From: Candidatus Latescibacterota bacterium
GTDB lineage: Bacteria; Latescibacterota; UBA2968; UBA8231
NCBI GenBank assembly: GCA_965223905.1
Contig: CBDCXV010000011.1
Location: 1,536,001-1,600,000 of the forward strand
Length of the DNA stretch: 64,000 nt
Reading direction: 5' to 3'
Shown here: positions 28,825 through 38,854 of the stretch, piece after piece
Numbering within the stretch: the stretch's first letter is position 1
How the letters are laid out: every line of letters starts with the position of its first letter
Translations under genes and position numbers: made by a program
Notes under the pieces: model-generated
Databases searched by the model: none
Seen by the model: only the letters and a program-made list of their open reading frames with translations
Told to the model about the DNA's origin: nothing

Positions 28825-29607
28825 CTATTGACCCAGTTTCTCCTCCCACTCCAGCAGCCCCTTCACCATCCCCCCGATGCGCGGCCTGTCGCTGTAGCGG
28901 TAGCTGTCGTGCAGTTCCGAGGCGTCCTGCCCGTGCGGCCGCAGGGCCTCGTAGTGGGTCTCCGTCTCCGGCCTGGCGGCGAACTTCAGGGCGATGTAGC
29001 GCCTGACGCTCTGCTTTCCGAACACGGCGTGGTAGAGGTAGTGGTCGAAGAAGACCGCGTCCCCCGGGTCGACCTCGAGAGCGTTACAGGAGAGCTCGTC
29101 CCCGTCGACGCCGAAGGCCGCCTTCGCCGTTCCCTGATGTTGCGACTGCAGGCGCAGCAGCTCGCGGTGGAAGGGGGCGTGGTGGGACCCGGGGATGACC
29201 CGCAGGGCCCCGGTCTCCCGGCGCATCGGCTGCAGGTAGATCATGATCTTGAGGCGCCGGTAGTCGAGGTCGATCTGGCCGGCGCGGTCGCAGTGCCACG
29301 GGTGGTCGTTGGTCTCGTTGAAGCTGCCGCACACCCCCTCGGAGTTCCCCCAGACGAACCCCTCGCCCAGAAGCTGCCCGACCGGCCCGTAGATGCGGTC
29401 GTCCTCGGGCAGACGCGCCAGCCCGGTTCCCATCTCGACGAAATTTGACGCCGACTGGTGGCTGGGTCCGGCGCGCTTGCCGGTGTTCGCGGCCAGCAGC
29501 TCGTCCGTCTCCCGGGCGATCTCCGCCATCTCCTCCGGGGAGAACAGCTGCCGCAGACAGAGGAAGCCGAAGGTTTCGAAGAAATCGATCTGCTGCCGGG
29601 TCAGCAT
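28825..29607 (-). CDS. PhyH family dioxygenase
   Basis: MLTRQQIDFFETFGFL, WHCD, GALRVIPGSH, PGDAVFFDHYLYHA. Confidence 0.9.
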   Translation of the reverse strand: MLTRQQIDFFETFGFLCLRQLFSPEEMAEIARETDELLAANTGKRAGPSHQSASNFVEMGTGLARLPEDDRIYGPVGQLLGEGFVWGNSEGVCGSFNETNDHPWHCDRAGQIDLDYRRLKIMIYLQPMRRETGALRVIPGSHHAPFHRELLRLQSQHQGTAKAAFGVDGDELSCNALEVDPGDAVFFDHYLYHAVFGKQSVRRYIALKFAARPETETHYEALRPHGQDASELHDSYRYSDRPRIGGMVKGLLEWEEKLGQ

Positions 29608-29795
29608 GGCGCAAGCTCCGTGGTTGTCGCGCTTGTTGCGGATGCGCAGGTTTCGACGCCTTTGCCTCAGGGGATGGAAGACTTCCCCGGGGCGAAATCT
29701 TTTCCGGGGAACTTCGCGATTCCCCTCAGAGGCCTGAGGGCCCGCAGGGCTTTCGGGCGGCAACAAACGCCGAAAGAAAACGGAGGTCAAGAGAG

Positions 29796-31379
29796 ATGAG
29801 CGAACAGCACGAGGTCCTGTTCGAGACCGACGGACGCCACTCGAGCGTCTACCTGTACGAGCCGGCGATGGGGATCCGCCAGTACGTCGAGCCGATCGAC
29901 GAGGTCCTCGATCTCGGCATCGACACCATCAGCTACGTCGTCGGCGACTGCGCCGTCCTCCTCTACGCCACCGAGGCCGGCGAGCGCTGGGGGCACAACG
30001 CCGAGCTCGCCGACCACGAGGTCTGGTACCGCGCCGCGCAGAACTTCGAGGCCTTCCTCGCCGCCGGACACGACCCGCTGATGGTGGTCTGCGAGCATGC
30101 CCGGGCGCGCGGCTTCCGCTTCCTGCCGCACCTGCTCCTCAACATGCACCACACCCCGTACGACCGCGTCAGCAACTGCCGCGTCTCCGACTTCGAGAGG
30201 GCGCATCCCGAATGGCAGGTGGGGGAGGAACCGGACTTTCCCGAGGCGGAGTTCGATATCCCCAAGCGCCTCTCCTTCGCGGTTCCCGAGGTGCGCGAGA
30301 ACCGCATGGCCATCGTGCAGGAGCTGCTGGCCCGGTACCCCGCGGACGGCATCGAGATCAACTTCCACGCCTACGCCCCCTTCATCTCCCGCCGCGAAGT
30401 CCCCGAGCACACCGACACGCTGACGGAATGGGTGCGCGAGATCAGGGCGACCTGCGACCGGGAAGCGGCGCGGCAGGGCCTCCGCAAACGCCTCGTCGTC
30501 AGGGCGGCCGCCAGTCTGTCGGGCAACCTGGCGATGGGGCACGACCTAGCCGCCTGGGTGGGAGAGGGGCTGATCGACACCCTCATCGCCATGCCGGTGG
30601 GCGGGGACTATTCCAGCGAGACCTCGCGGCTGCGGGAGCTCGCCGAGCTCACCGGGGGCACGGAGGTCAAGCTCATTGCCGGTCTCGACAGCATCGGCCC
30701 GGAGCAGGGCCCGCTCGTTCACAGCGCCGCGGTCGCCAATGTCTACGCCGCCGGCGCCCGGGGCATCCTCTACCACCGCTACTACCCGGCTCCCCATCGC
30801 TACCCCTACACCGCCGAGGATTTCGCCCGCCTGCGTTACCTGGCCTACCCCGACCTCTTCGCCCACAAGGACAAGACCTTCTACGTCGGTCCGGGCGCCG
30901 ACCGCCCCGAGGCGGTCACCTACGGCCTCGGCGAGCAGCTGCCGCACCCCCTCGCCCCCGGCGAGTCCAGGACCGTGACCCTCGACGTGGCCGACGACGT
31001 CGCCGCAAAACAGGAAGCCGGAGAACTCTGGCGCTGCGAGCTGCAGGTGATGATGCACGAGATGCTGCAAGATGACGAGGTGCGCCTGTTCTGGAACGGC
31101 GGCGAGATCGACGGCGGCGAGATACGCAAGGCCGACTACGTCTTCCAGATGCGCCCCGGGGCGGGCACGCGGGGGTACCGCCTGCACGTCGACCTGAGCA
31201 GGGGGAGGGTGCCGGAGCAGGGGACCAACGAGCTGCGCGTCGAGCTGGTTACCAAGGACGAGCGCCTCGTCGACCCGGTCTCCGTGCACGACGTCTTCCT
31301 GGTGGTCGAGTACCTCAAACACCGGCACGCCCTCAGGGACGACGAGCAGTACGGATTGCAGACGACCTTCACGCCATGA
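29796..31379 (+). CDS. Hypothetical TIM-barrel glycoside hydrolase-like protein (GHL10/DUF187-like)
   Basis: DPLMVVCEHARARG, HPEW, LSFAVPEVRE..ELLARYPADGIEINF; C-terminal beta-rich domain. Confidence 0.65.
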   Translation: MSEQHEVLFETDGRHSSVYLYEPAMGIRQYVEPIDEVLDLGIDTISYVVGDCAVLLYATEAGERWGHNAELADHEVWYRAAQNFEAFLAAGHDPLMVVCEHARARGFRFLPHLLLNMHHTPYDRVSNCRVSDFERAHPEWQVGEEPDFPEAEFDIPKRLSFAVPEVRENRMAIVQELLARYPADGIEINFHAYAPFISRREVPEHTDTLTEWVREIRATCDREAARQGLRKRLVVRAAASLSGNLAMGHDLAAWVGEGLIDTLIAMPVGGDYSSETSRLRELAELTGGTEVKLIAGLDSIGPEQGPLVHSAAVANVYAAGARGILYHRYYPAPHRYPYTAEDFARLRYLAYPDLFAHKDKTFYVGPGADRPEAVTYGLGEQLPHPLAPGESRTVTLDVADDVAAKQEAGELWRCELQVMMHEMLQDDEVRLFWNGGEIDGGEIRKADYVFQMRPGAGTRGYRLHVDLSRGRVPEQGTNELRVELVTKDERLVDPVSVHDVFLVVEYLKHRHALRDDEQYGLQTTFTP

Positions 31380-31380
31380 G

Positions 31381-31741
31381 TTGATTCCGGCGGTAATGCT
31401 CGGCGAAAATTCAGCGGGGCCTCAGCTACCAGCCCAATTCCGTGTTCTTCTCCGCCTACACCTACCTGTCGCTGGCCGCCTATTTCGAGGACCTCGAGCT
31501 CAACGGTTTCGCCCAATGGATGAAGATCCAGTACCACGAGGAGCTGATGCACGCGGAAAAGATCTACGCCTTCGTCAACGACCGCGACGGCCGCGTGCGC
31601 CTGCAGGCCCTGGCGGCGGCGCAGATCGAGTGGGACTCGCCGCTCGACGCCTTCAAGTTCGCCCTCGCCGGGCGCGACCACGCCACCCACTTGGGGCGCG
31701 AGGTCCAAATCCAGTGCCTCGAAGTTTCGGAAGTTTCTTGA
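31381..31741 (+). pseudogene. ftnA: Degraded non-heme ferritin
   Basis: FSAYTYLSLAAYFE..LNGFAQWMKIQYHEELMHAEK..GRV; frameshifted 5' end; DHAT motif follows FKFALA after only GR (internal deletion). Confidence 0.8.
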
Positions 31742-31836
31742 AGGTTTCTGGCTATCCGGCTGAGCTACAGGTGCCTGCTGCCGGCGATTCTTGCGCCGGA
31801 CGCCTCCCGGCCGGGGGCCCCAATCGGTGGCCGGAT

Positions 31837-31879
31837 TGGCGCGCCCGTAGGGATTGAAACCCCCGACCTGCCGGTTCGA
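31837..31879 (-). other. 3' half of a tRNA-Arg-like gene (att-site remnant)
   Basis: Minus strand TCGAA-CCGGC-AGGTC-GGGGG-TTTCAAT-CCCTA-CGGGCGC-G-CCA = anticodon 3' part, variable loop, T-arm, acceptor strand and CCA; no D-arm or 5' half. Confidence 0.7.
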
Positions 31880-31918
31880 TGCGGCACCAGGAGCAGACGT
31901 CTTTATTCGTGCTTTTCC

Positions 31919-31947
31919 TTGACACGGGACGTCTGGACGTCTATGGT
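31919..31947 (+). promoter_or_regulatory. Sigma70-type promoter of the methyltransferase, with two GACGTC sites in the spacer
   Basis: TTGACA (31919-31924), 17-bp spacer, TATGGT (31942-31947); AGGAGG RBS downstream. Confidence 0.7.
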
Positions 31948-31971
31948 TGATCTGGCAAAAGGAGGAAATCC

Positions 31972-33108
31972 GTGAGATATGCACCGGGAAAGGTTCGCGA
32001 CGCCATCCTGCAGGTTCTCGCCACCTCACCCGAAGGACTGCCTGTCAGCCAGATAGAAAGAAGGGTAACCCAGTCAATCGGGCCGACGCCCGGGTCCTCG
32101 GTAAGGTCATGCCTGCGGCTGAAGACGCCGGATACTTTCATCAGGGAGGAACGCGGCGTCTACAGGGTGAGGCCCGAAGTCCTGGCGGATTTCCAGGGCG
32201 ATCTTCAGATCGACGCCGAGCCATGGCGGCAACCCTTCATCTTCGGTCAAACGACATTGATCCATGGTGACTGCTTCGCCTGGCTGGAGGAGCGTGGAAA
32301 CAACAGCATTCATGCCGTCGTCACCGACCCTCCGTACGGACTGCATGAGTACACGCCCCAGCAGCAGTTGAAAATGCGCCAGGGAATGGGGGGCGTGTGG
32401 CGAATTCCGCCCTCATTCGATGGCCATGCGCGCTCCCCGTTGCCGCGGTTCACCATCCTTTCCGACCAGCAACGCGATCAGCTGGGCCGGTTCTTCACCC
32501 TCTGGGGCCGGCTCCTGCTTCCCAAGCTCGTACCCGGTGCGAACGTCGTTGTCGCCTCAAACCCCCTCCTCGTCCATATCGTGGCAGGCGCCCTGGAAGA
32601 AGCCGGCATGGAGTGCCGCGGCAGCATCACCAGACTGGTCATGACCATGCGAGGCGGCGACAGGCCGAAGGCCGCTCACGAGGAGTTCAGCGATGTGAGC
32701 GTGATGCCGCGTTCTATGTGGGAGCCCTGGATCGTCTTCAGGAGGCCCGTCGAGGGACGAGTGCAGGACAATCTGCGGAAGTGGAAGACCGGCGGTTTCC
32801 GGCGCCCATCCGAGGACAAACCGTTCGGCGACGTGATCAAGTCCGCCCCCACTCGGAAGAACGAGCGGGCCCTTGCACCGCATCCGAGCCTGAAACCGCA
32901 AGCTTTTCTCAGGCAACTGGTCCGCGGAGTCCTGCCGCTGGGGGAAGGGGTCGTCCTGGACCCGTTCGCCGGCGCCGGTTCAACCCTCGCAGCGGCCGAA
33001 GCGGTCGGGTACGAAAGCATCGGCATCGAGAAGGATTCCCACTATTTCGATGTAGGGGTTCGCGCCGTTCCCGCCCTCTGCGCCTTCGAACCGAACGGAC
33101 GCCCTTAG
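31972..33108 (+). CDS. Amino (N6/N4) DNA methyltransferase, beta class, with N-terminal winged-helix-like extension
   Basis: TDPPY (motif IV) precedes HPSLKP and LDPFAGAG (motif I). Confidence 0.92.
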   Translation: MRYAPGKVRDAILQVLATSPEGLPVSQIERRVTQSIGPTPGSSVRSCLRLKTPDTFIREERGVYRVRPEVLADFQGDLQIDAEPWRQPFIFGQTTLIHGDCFAWLEERGNNSIHAVVTDPPYGLHEYTPQQQLKMRQGMGGVWRIPPSFDGHARSPLPRFTILSDQQRDQLGRFFTLWGRLLLPKLVPGANVVVASNPLLVHIVAGALEEAGMECRGSITRLVMTMRGGDRPKAAHEEFSDVSVMPRSMWEPWIVFRRPVEGRVQDNLRKWKTGGFRRPSEDKPFGDVIKSAPTRKNERALAPHPSLKPQAFLRQLVRGVLPLGEGVVLDPFAGAGSTLAAAEAVGYESIGIEKDSHYFDVGVRAVPALCAFEPNGRP

Positions 33109-33708
33109 AGCCTGTATATCCAGTTCGAGCGCAGCTTCTTCACTCCATCCTTGTGCAGCGTGGCCGTCCTGGTGCCAAGCTCGCTGCGCGGGTTCTTGCG
33201 GAAGTCCGTCGTGACCACGTGCCCCAGGTAGACCTCCCTGAACGACATCGCCGCCCGGTCCACGGCAGGTTCCCTCTCGGTATCAACGCCATAGACGAAT
33301 ACGCACATCCACTGCTCGCGCGCCCCGTGGGTGTCTACTGCTCCGCCCGCCTTCCGTGTGGTCTTGATCTCGATGCCGTCTTCTCCCGCCTTTGATGGCA
33401 TTGTCCGGATATCTTCCCTGGACGACCAGGTCGGGGTGGCCGTTGAAATACCGGTTCTCGGTCAAGGTCCTCGAGTGCTTCGCGAGACTTGCCGTAATCA
33501 TGTCCGACAGAACCCCGGACATGATTGCGGGGCGAAGCATGTCGTCGAGACGCTGCAGCCCCCTGCCTGCAAGGTGGGCGTTGACGTCGTAGAAGAAGTC
33601 GTAGACATCCTGCATTGCCATCTCGAAGTCCTCTAGGCGTAGCTCGTATGGCAGGTCTGCCTCCGGATTGAAACTGTTCGGGTCGACTTCGTTCCGTTCG
33701 ATTGTCAC
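33105..33708 (-). pseudogene. Type II restriction endonuclease (PD-(D/E)XK), frameshifted at ~33391 (possible assembly error)
   Basis: GHPDL...GIEIK motif joined by removing one A from AAA; converges on the MTase with a 4-bp overlap. Confidence 0.7.
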
Positions 33709-33771
33709 CTCGCTTGCTCCATCTTCACTTTTTTTCGCAGGCCATCCTGACGGGAATGGCCGTCCCCACTG

Positions 33772-34878
33772 TCAGCCGGAGCGGTACTGCGCGAGCAGCT
33801 CGTAGTCCGGCTCCATCCCCAGGCCGGGGCGGTCCGGCACCGCCACGCAGCCCTCGGCGTCGAGCTTGAGCGGCTCCTTGAAGATGCGGCCCCGCAGCGG
33901 GTCGACGGTCTCGCGGTAGAACTCGAGGATCAGCCCGTTGGCGATCGCCGCCACCAGGTGGATGTGGATCTCCTGGGCGCCGTGCGGGGCGATGCGCAGG
34001 TCCTGCGCCGCGGCCAGGGCCGCGACGTTCATGAACTCGGTGATGCCCCCGAGGATCTGCGCGTCGGCGTTGAAGATGGCGGCCGACTCGTGCTCGATGA
34101 GGTCGCGGAAGCCGTAGCGGGTGTACTCGTTCTCGCCGGTGGCGATCGGGATCGGCGTCGCCCTGGCGACCTGGGCGTGGCCGCGGTAGTCGTCGGGGGC
34201 CACCGGCTCCTCGAACCAGAAGACGTCGAACGGCTCGATCTTACGCGCCAGCTCGATCGCCTCGTACGCGGCATAGGCGTTGTTGGCGTCGACGAGCAGC
34301 TTGATGTCCGGGCCGATCGCCTCGCGCACCACCCGCACGCGCTCGACGTCCTCGTTTATGGGCACGGCCCCGACCTTCATCTTCACCGCCTTCGCGCCGA
34401 GATCGAGGCTCTCCTCCATCTCCAGGGCCAGCTCCTTCAGCCCCTTCCCCTCCTCGTAGTAGCCCCCGGCGACGTAGGCCGGAATGCGGTCGGTGAAGCC
34501 GCCGAGCAGCTTGTGCACCGATTTCCCCAGGGCCTTGCCCATCAGGTCCCAGAGGGCGATGTCGATGGCGCTGATGATGTGCGTCGACATGCCGCGGCGG
34601 CCGACGATCTTCGGCAGCCACATGTTCTCCCAGAGGCGCCGGTAGGCGAACGGGTCCTCCCCGACCAGGGCTTCCCGGAAGTGGGCGACCAGGGCCTCGC
34701 CGACCGCTCCGGGGCGGGTGGCCGCGGTGCCGCCGCCCCAACCGATCCCCGACAGGCCTTCGTCGGTGTGCACGTGCACGAGGTTGAGCACCACCGTCTT
34801 GTAGGTGTACTTGCCGTTGCTGATCGGCTTCGGCTTCGGCCAGGCGTAGCAGTCGATGGTCACGTCGGTGATTTTCAC
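33772..34878 (-). CDS. Mandelate racemase/muconate lactonizing enzyme family protein
   Basis: SAIDIALWDL, KMK, DAN, WFEEP, TGENE. Confidence 0.93.
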   Translation of the reverse strand: MKITDVTIDCYAWPKPKPISNGKYTYKTVVLNLVHVHTDEGLSGIGWGGGTAATRPGAVGEALVAHFREALVGEDPFAYRRLWENMWLPKIVGRRGMSTHIISAIDIALWDLMGKALGKSVHKLLGGFTDRIPAYVAGGYYEEGKGLKELALEMEESLDLGAKAVKMKVGAVPINEDVERVRVVREAIGPDIKLLVDANNAYAAYEAIELARKIEPFDVFWFEEPVAPDDYRGHAQVARATPIPIATGENEYTRYGFRDLIEHESAAIFNADAQILGGITEFMNVAALAAAQDLRIAPHGAQEIHIHLVAAIANGLILEFYRETVDPLRGRIFKEPLKLDAEGCVAVPDRPGLGMEPDYELLAQYRSG

Positions 34879-34882
34879 TTTG

Positions 34883-35899
34883 CTATCCCACCTTTACAGG
34901 CAGCACCCACGCGCAGGGGGCGCCGGCGTCGTACTCGGCCGCCGGCTCGAGGGCGCCCCGTCCGTCGATGGCGAACGAGATCAGAATGTTGGACTGGTCG
35001 GCTCCCGAGAGCAGGTAATCGCCATCGGCGTCGATCCCGAAGGAGCGGGGCATCCTGCCGGCCGGCTGCTGCCCCAGCGAGGCGATGGCGCCGCTTACCG
35101 GGTCGACGGCGAACATGGCGATGCTGTCCGGCCCCCGGTTCGAGGCGTACACGGCGCGCCCGTCCGGATGCAGATGGAGCTGCGCGTTCGACTTCTCCCC
35201 CTCGAACCTCGCAGCCGGCAGGGTCGACTCGGTCTGAACCGCCTTGAGCTTCCCGCTGGTTTTGTCGAGGTGGTATACGGTGACACTGCACTCCTGCTCG
35301 TTGTCGGCGTACATGACGTCGAGGCGGGGATGGAAGGCCATGTGGCGCGGGCCCTGGCCGGGACCTGCCGCGGTCTTTCCGTTGGGGGTCAGCCTGCCGC
35401 TGTTCTCGTCGAACAGGAACTGGTATATGGCGTTGGCGCCTTGGACGTGGGGCACGAAGGCGTAGCGGTTGGACGGGTCGGTCGCCACCCAGTGGGCGTA
35501 GCGCTCGGTTTCGCGGCGGTCCGCCCGCGGCCAGCAGGCGGCGCCGTCGGCCCCGATCGGGTGCACGGTGACCAGACCGTCGCTGTAACAGGCCGCCAGC
35601 AGGAAGCGGCCGCGGCGGTCGGTCGCCAGGTAGCAGGGGTGGCAGCCTTCGAGATCGACCTCGCCGATCAATGAAAGGCCGCCGCTGCCCGGGTCGATTG
35701 CGTAGGTGGCGACGGCGATGTCCGACTCCTGCCGGGTCGTCACGTACAGGTGCCTTCTGTCCGGGTCCGTGCACATGGCCGAGCCGGCCGCGCGCAGCTC
35801 GATCTCCTCCTTCAGGATCAGGCCGCCCGAGCCGGGGTCGAGCTCGAGGATCAGCAGTCTCGGTTCGCCGCCTGTTGGGACGTAGACGTAATGGCCCAT
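34883..35899 (-). CDS. Lactonase (6-phosphogluconolactonase/3-carboxymuconate cyclase family)
   Basis: GQGPRHMAFHP, YASNRG, MPRSF. Confidence 0.9.
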   Translation of the reverse strand: MGHYVYVPTGGEPRLLILELDPGSGGLILKEEIELRAAGSAMCTDPDRRHLYVTTRQESDIAVATYAIDPGSGGLSLIGEVDLEGCHPCYLATDRRGRFLLAACYSDGLVTVHPIGADGAACWPRADRRETERYAHWVATDPSNRYAFVPHVQGANAIYQFLFDENSGRLTPNGKTAAGPGQGPRHMAFHPRLDVMYADNEQECSVTVYHLDKTSGKLKAVQTESTLPAARFEGEKSNAQLHLHPDGRAVYASNRGPDSIAMFAVDPVSGAIASLGQQPAGRMPRSFGIDADGDYLLSGADQSNILISFAIDGRGALEPAAEYDAGAPCAWVLPVKVG

Positions 35900-35951
35900 T
35901 TTGCGTCCTTTCTGTCGATTGTCAGCGGCCTGAAACGAAGAGGAGGAGCCG

Positions 35952-36326
35952 ATGCAACGCAAGAACATCCCCGCCCCCGGAGAATTCCCCGCGGCCTACG
36001 GGTACTCCCGCGCCGTCAGGGTCGGCGATCAGATCCACGTCGCCGGCACCTGCGCCCAGCCACCGCACGACACCGGGGACGCCTACGAACAGGCCACCGG
36101 CGCGCTGCGGATCATCGAGAACGCCCTCGCCGAAGCCGGGGCCTCTCTCGCCGACGTTGTGCGCACTGTCGTCTACATCACCGGGGTGGAGCACGCCGAC
36201 GGGGTGACGCGCGCCCACGGAGAGGCCTTCCGAGGCGTCATGCCGGCGTCGACCATGGTGGTGATCGCCGCGCTCCTCAAACCGAACCTGTTCGTCGAGA
36301 TCGAAGCCTACGCGATCCTGTCGTGA
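35952..36326 (+). CDS. RidA/YjgF family protein
   Basis: GYSRAVRVGD, LADVVRT, VEIEAYA. Confidence 0.9.
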   Translation: MQRKNIPAPGEFPAAYGYSRAVRVGDQIHVAGTCAQPPHDTGDAYEQATGALRIIENALAEAGASLADVVRTVVYITGVEHADGVTRAHGEAFRGVMPASTMVVIAALLKPNLFVEIEAYAILS

Positions 36327-36401
36327 AGGAGCGGTTGTCCGGTATGAACGGCGGCGCGGGGTCACAGCCGCCCGATTATATTCGATGTGCAAGGATGCGC
36401 C

Positions 36402-36746
36402 ATGGAAACAGCCGAGCCGCCCTGGGCGATAACCCAGGAAAAGGTCGACGAAACAGTCGCAAGGATCGTGCAGAAGTGTTCGCCCCGCCGGGTCATACTG
36501 TTCGGCTCCTTCGCGCGTGGCGAGAGCGATCGCAACAGCGATCTCGACCTGCTGGTTGTGACCCGGCACGAGGTCGAGAGCCCGCGGCGAGAAAGCGTGC
36601 GGATTCGCCGGGCATTACGCGGCATCTCCATGCCCATGGATATCCTGGTCGTGTCGGAGAGCAGGCTGCAGGCTCTGGCGGACGCCCCCGGACTGATCTA
36701 CCGCGAGGCACTGCGCAACGGCAAGGTCGTTTATGAGTCGCGGTGA
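36402..36746 (+). CDS. MNT minimal nucleotidyltransferase (antitoxin)
   Basis: LFGSFARGE...SDLDLLVV. Confidence 0.9.
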   Translation: METAEPPWAITQEKVDETVARIVQKCSPRRVILFGSFARGESDRNSDLDLLVVTRHEVESPRRESVRIRRALRGISMPMDILVVSESRLQALADAPGLIYREALRNGKVVYESR

Positions 36747-37137
36747 CAGCCTTCCGCAGTCCGCCGCCGAGTGGCTGGCGCATGCGGAAAGCGACCTGCG
36801 CCTCGGCCGGCTGGGGTCGGGGGAGGAAGAGATTTTACCTGCTCAGATCTGCTTTCACGCCCAACAAGCAGCTGAGAAAGCCCTGAAAGCCGTTCTTCTT
36901 TCCGCGGGAACGGATTTTCCGCTGACACATGATCTCGGGCAACTTCTCGAGCTGTGCGGCCACGCCGGAATTGAGATCCCTCCCGAAATCCTGGAGACCG
37001 ACGGTCTGACCCCCTATGCTGTCGAGACCCGCTATCCCGGACAGCTTGACGAAGTCACTCGTGCGGAAATGAGGCACGCCCTCATGCTGGCGGCCGAGAC
37101 GGTCGCTTGGGCTCGCTCTCTGTTGGACGAAGGGTAG
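36733..37137 (+). CDS. HEPN domain protein (MNT-HEPN toxin-antitoxin pair)
   Basis: CFHAQQAAEKALKA, THDL, RYPG; overlaps the MNT gene. Confidence 0.9.
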   Translation: MSRGDSLPQSAAEWLAHAESDLRLGRLGSGEEEILPAQICFHAQQAAEKALKAVLLSAGTDFPLTHDLGQLLELCGHAGIEIPPEILETDGLTPYAVETRYPGQLDEVTRAEMRHALMLAAETVAWARSLLDEG

Positions 37138-37140
37138 TCC

Positions 37141-37569
37141 TCACGCCGGCTCGAAGGCGAGGAAGGTCCGCGCCCCTTCCGGACCGCCCCGGTGCAGGAA
37201 CTTCACCTTCACCGGCATGCCGACGGCGAGTGTTTCCGGCGCCCTCGGGTCGACCCCCTCGATGCGGGCGACGACCCGCGCCCCTTCCCGCAGCTCCACG
37301 ACCCCGGTGCAGTAGGGGTTGTCGCGGCCGTACCCCTCCTCGGACATGAACCGCGGCCCGATGGAGATGCTCGTGAACCCGGCCAGGGTCCCGGTCCCCT
37401 GCATCCGCTCCCACTCCATGCAGGTGCCGTAGCAGCGCGGGCAGAGGGATCGCGGCGGCACGAAGAGTGCGGCGCAGGAACGGCAGCGCGCCCCCATCAG
37501 CTTCTCCTCGCCGAGGAAGCGCTCGAACGAGTGGTCGTTGACCGGTCTGGCCGCGGCCCCTTCCGACAT
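37141..37569 (-). CDS. DUF35 Zn-ribbon/OB-fold protein
   Basis: CRSC..PPRSLCPRC, GMPV; follows the thiolase. Confidence 0.9.
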   Translation of the reverse strand: MSEGAAARPVNDHSFERFLGEEKLMGARCRSCAALFVPPRSLCPRCYGTCMEWERMQGTGTLAGFTSISIGPRFMSEEGYGRDNPYCTGVVELREGARVVARIEGVDPRAPETLAVGMPVKVKFLHRGGPEGARTFLAFEPA

Positions 37570-37571
37570 CC

Positions 37572-38837
37572 TTACCGCCTCTCCAGTATGGTGTAGGTGC
37601 AGGTGCCGCCGGTGCCGCCGAGGTTGTGGGCGGCGCCGAAGCGCAGGCCGCCGTTGCCGGCCTGCCGCGGTCCCGCCTGCTGCCGCAGCTGCTCCCAGAT
37701 CTCGATCAGCTGCGCCGAGCCGGTGGCCCCCACCGGGTGCCCCTTGCACTTCAGCCCGCCGGAGGTGTTGACCGGCATGGCTCCGTCGAGACGGGTCAGG
37801 CCGTCGGCGGCCGCCCGGCACCCCTCCCCCGGCGCGAAGAACCCGAGGTCCTCGATGTGGATCAGCTCGGCTATCGAGAAGCAGTCGTGCACCTCGGCGA
37901 CCCCGATCTCCTCCGGTCCGATGCCGGCCATGGCGTAGGCCTCGGCCGCGGCGGCCCGCGTCGCCTCGAAGCTGGTCAGGTCCTCCGCGGCGTGCAGGCC
38001 GCGGCCGCTTCCCTGGCCGAGACCGGCGACGTGGAGCGGGGCGTCGGTGAAGCTTGCGGCCATCTCCTCGCCGACGAGCAGCAGGCAGGCGGCGCCGTCG
38101 CTTATCGGGCAGCAGTCGAACAGGTGGATGGGCCAGGCGACGGCGGGGTTGGCCTTGGGGTCCCGCAGGAAGTCCTTTTCGTCCGCCCACCCGGGGACGG
38201 GCTGCCCCTTTGCTTTCGCGCGCTGGACCTTCCCCTTCATGATGTCCCCGATCGATACGTTGTACTGCGCCCTGGGATTGAGCGCGGCGTTCTCGTGGCT
38301 CTTGATGGTGACGTTCATCAGGTGCTCGCGGCCGGCCCCGTGCCTGTCGAAATAGGCGGTGGCGATGGTGCCGAAGACCCCGGGAAAGGTGAACCCGGCC
38401 TTGCGTTCGTACGGGACCGCGGCCAGGGCGAGCCCCTCGGCCACCTCCGCGGTGGTGCGCTTCGACATCTCCTCGACGCCGCCGACCAGCACCATGTCGT
38501 AGAACCCGGAGGCGATGGCGAACACCCCTTCGCGGAAGGCGAGCGCGCTCGAGGCGCATGCCCCCTCGGTGCGCGTCGCCGGCTTGGGCACCAGCCCGAT
38601 GGCGTCGGACAGGATGGCGCTCCAGTGCGACTGCGCGACGAAGTAGTCGTTGGTGAAGTTGCCGAGGTAGAGGGCGTCGATGTCGCGGGGGTCCAACCCC
38701 TTGTCGACCGATGCCAGCATGGCGGTGAAGGCATCGGTAAACAGGTCCTTCGAGTCCCTGTCGTCGAACATGCCGAACTCCGACATGCCGGCGCCGACCA
38801 CGGCGACGCCCCTGCCCAGCTTTCGTCTCTTTCCCAT
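37572..38837 (-). CDS. SCP2-type thiolase
   Basis: EGACASS, CCPISDGAA, EVHDCF, SGGL..KGHPVGATG, HNLGG. Confidence 0.92.
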   Translation of the reverse strand: MGKRRKLGRGVAVVGAGMSEFGMFDDRDSKDLFTDAFTAMLASVDKGLDPRDIDALYLGNFTNDYFVAQSHWSAILSDAIGLVPKPATRTEGACASSALAFREGVFAIASGFYDMVLVGGVEEMSKRTTAEVAEGLALAAVPYERKAGFTFPGVFGTIATAYFDRHGAGREHLMNVTIKSHENAALNPRAQYNVSIGDIMKGKVQRAKAKGQPVPGWADEKDFLRDPKANPAVAWPIHLFDCCPISDGAACLLLVGEEMAASFTDAPLHVAGLGQGSGRGLHAAEDLTSFEATRAAAAEAYAMAGIGPEEIGVAEVHDCFSIAELIHIEDLGFFAPGEGCRAAADGLTRLDGAMPVNTSGGLKCKGHPVGATGSAQLIEIWEQLRQQAGPRQAGNGGLRFGAAHNLGGTGGTCTYTILERR

Positions 38838-38854
38838 TTCCGGCCCCCTGTCGG

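Noticed and set aside
31837-31920. Functional tRNA gene
   Set aside because: Only the 3' half is present and the T-loop is degenerate
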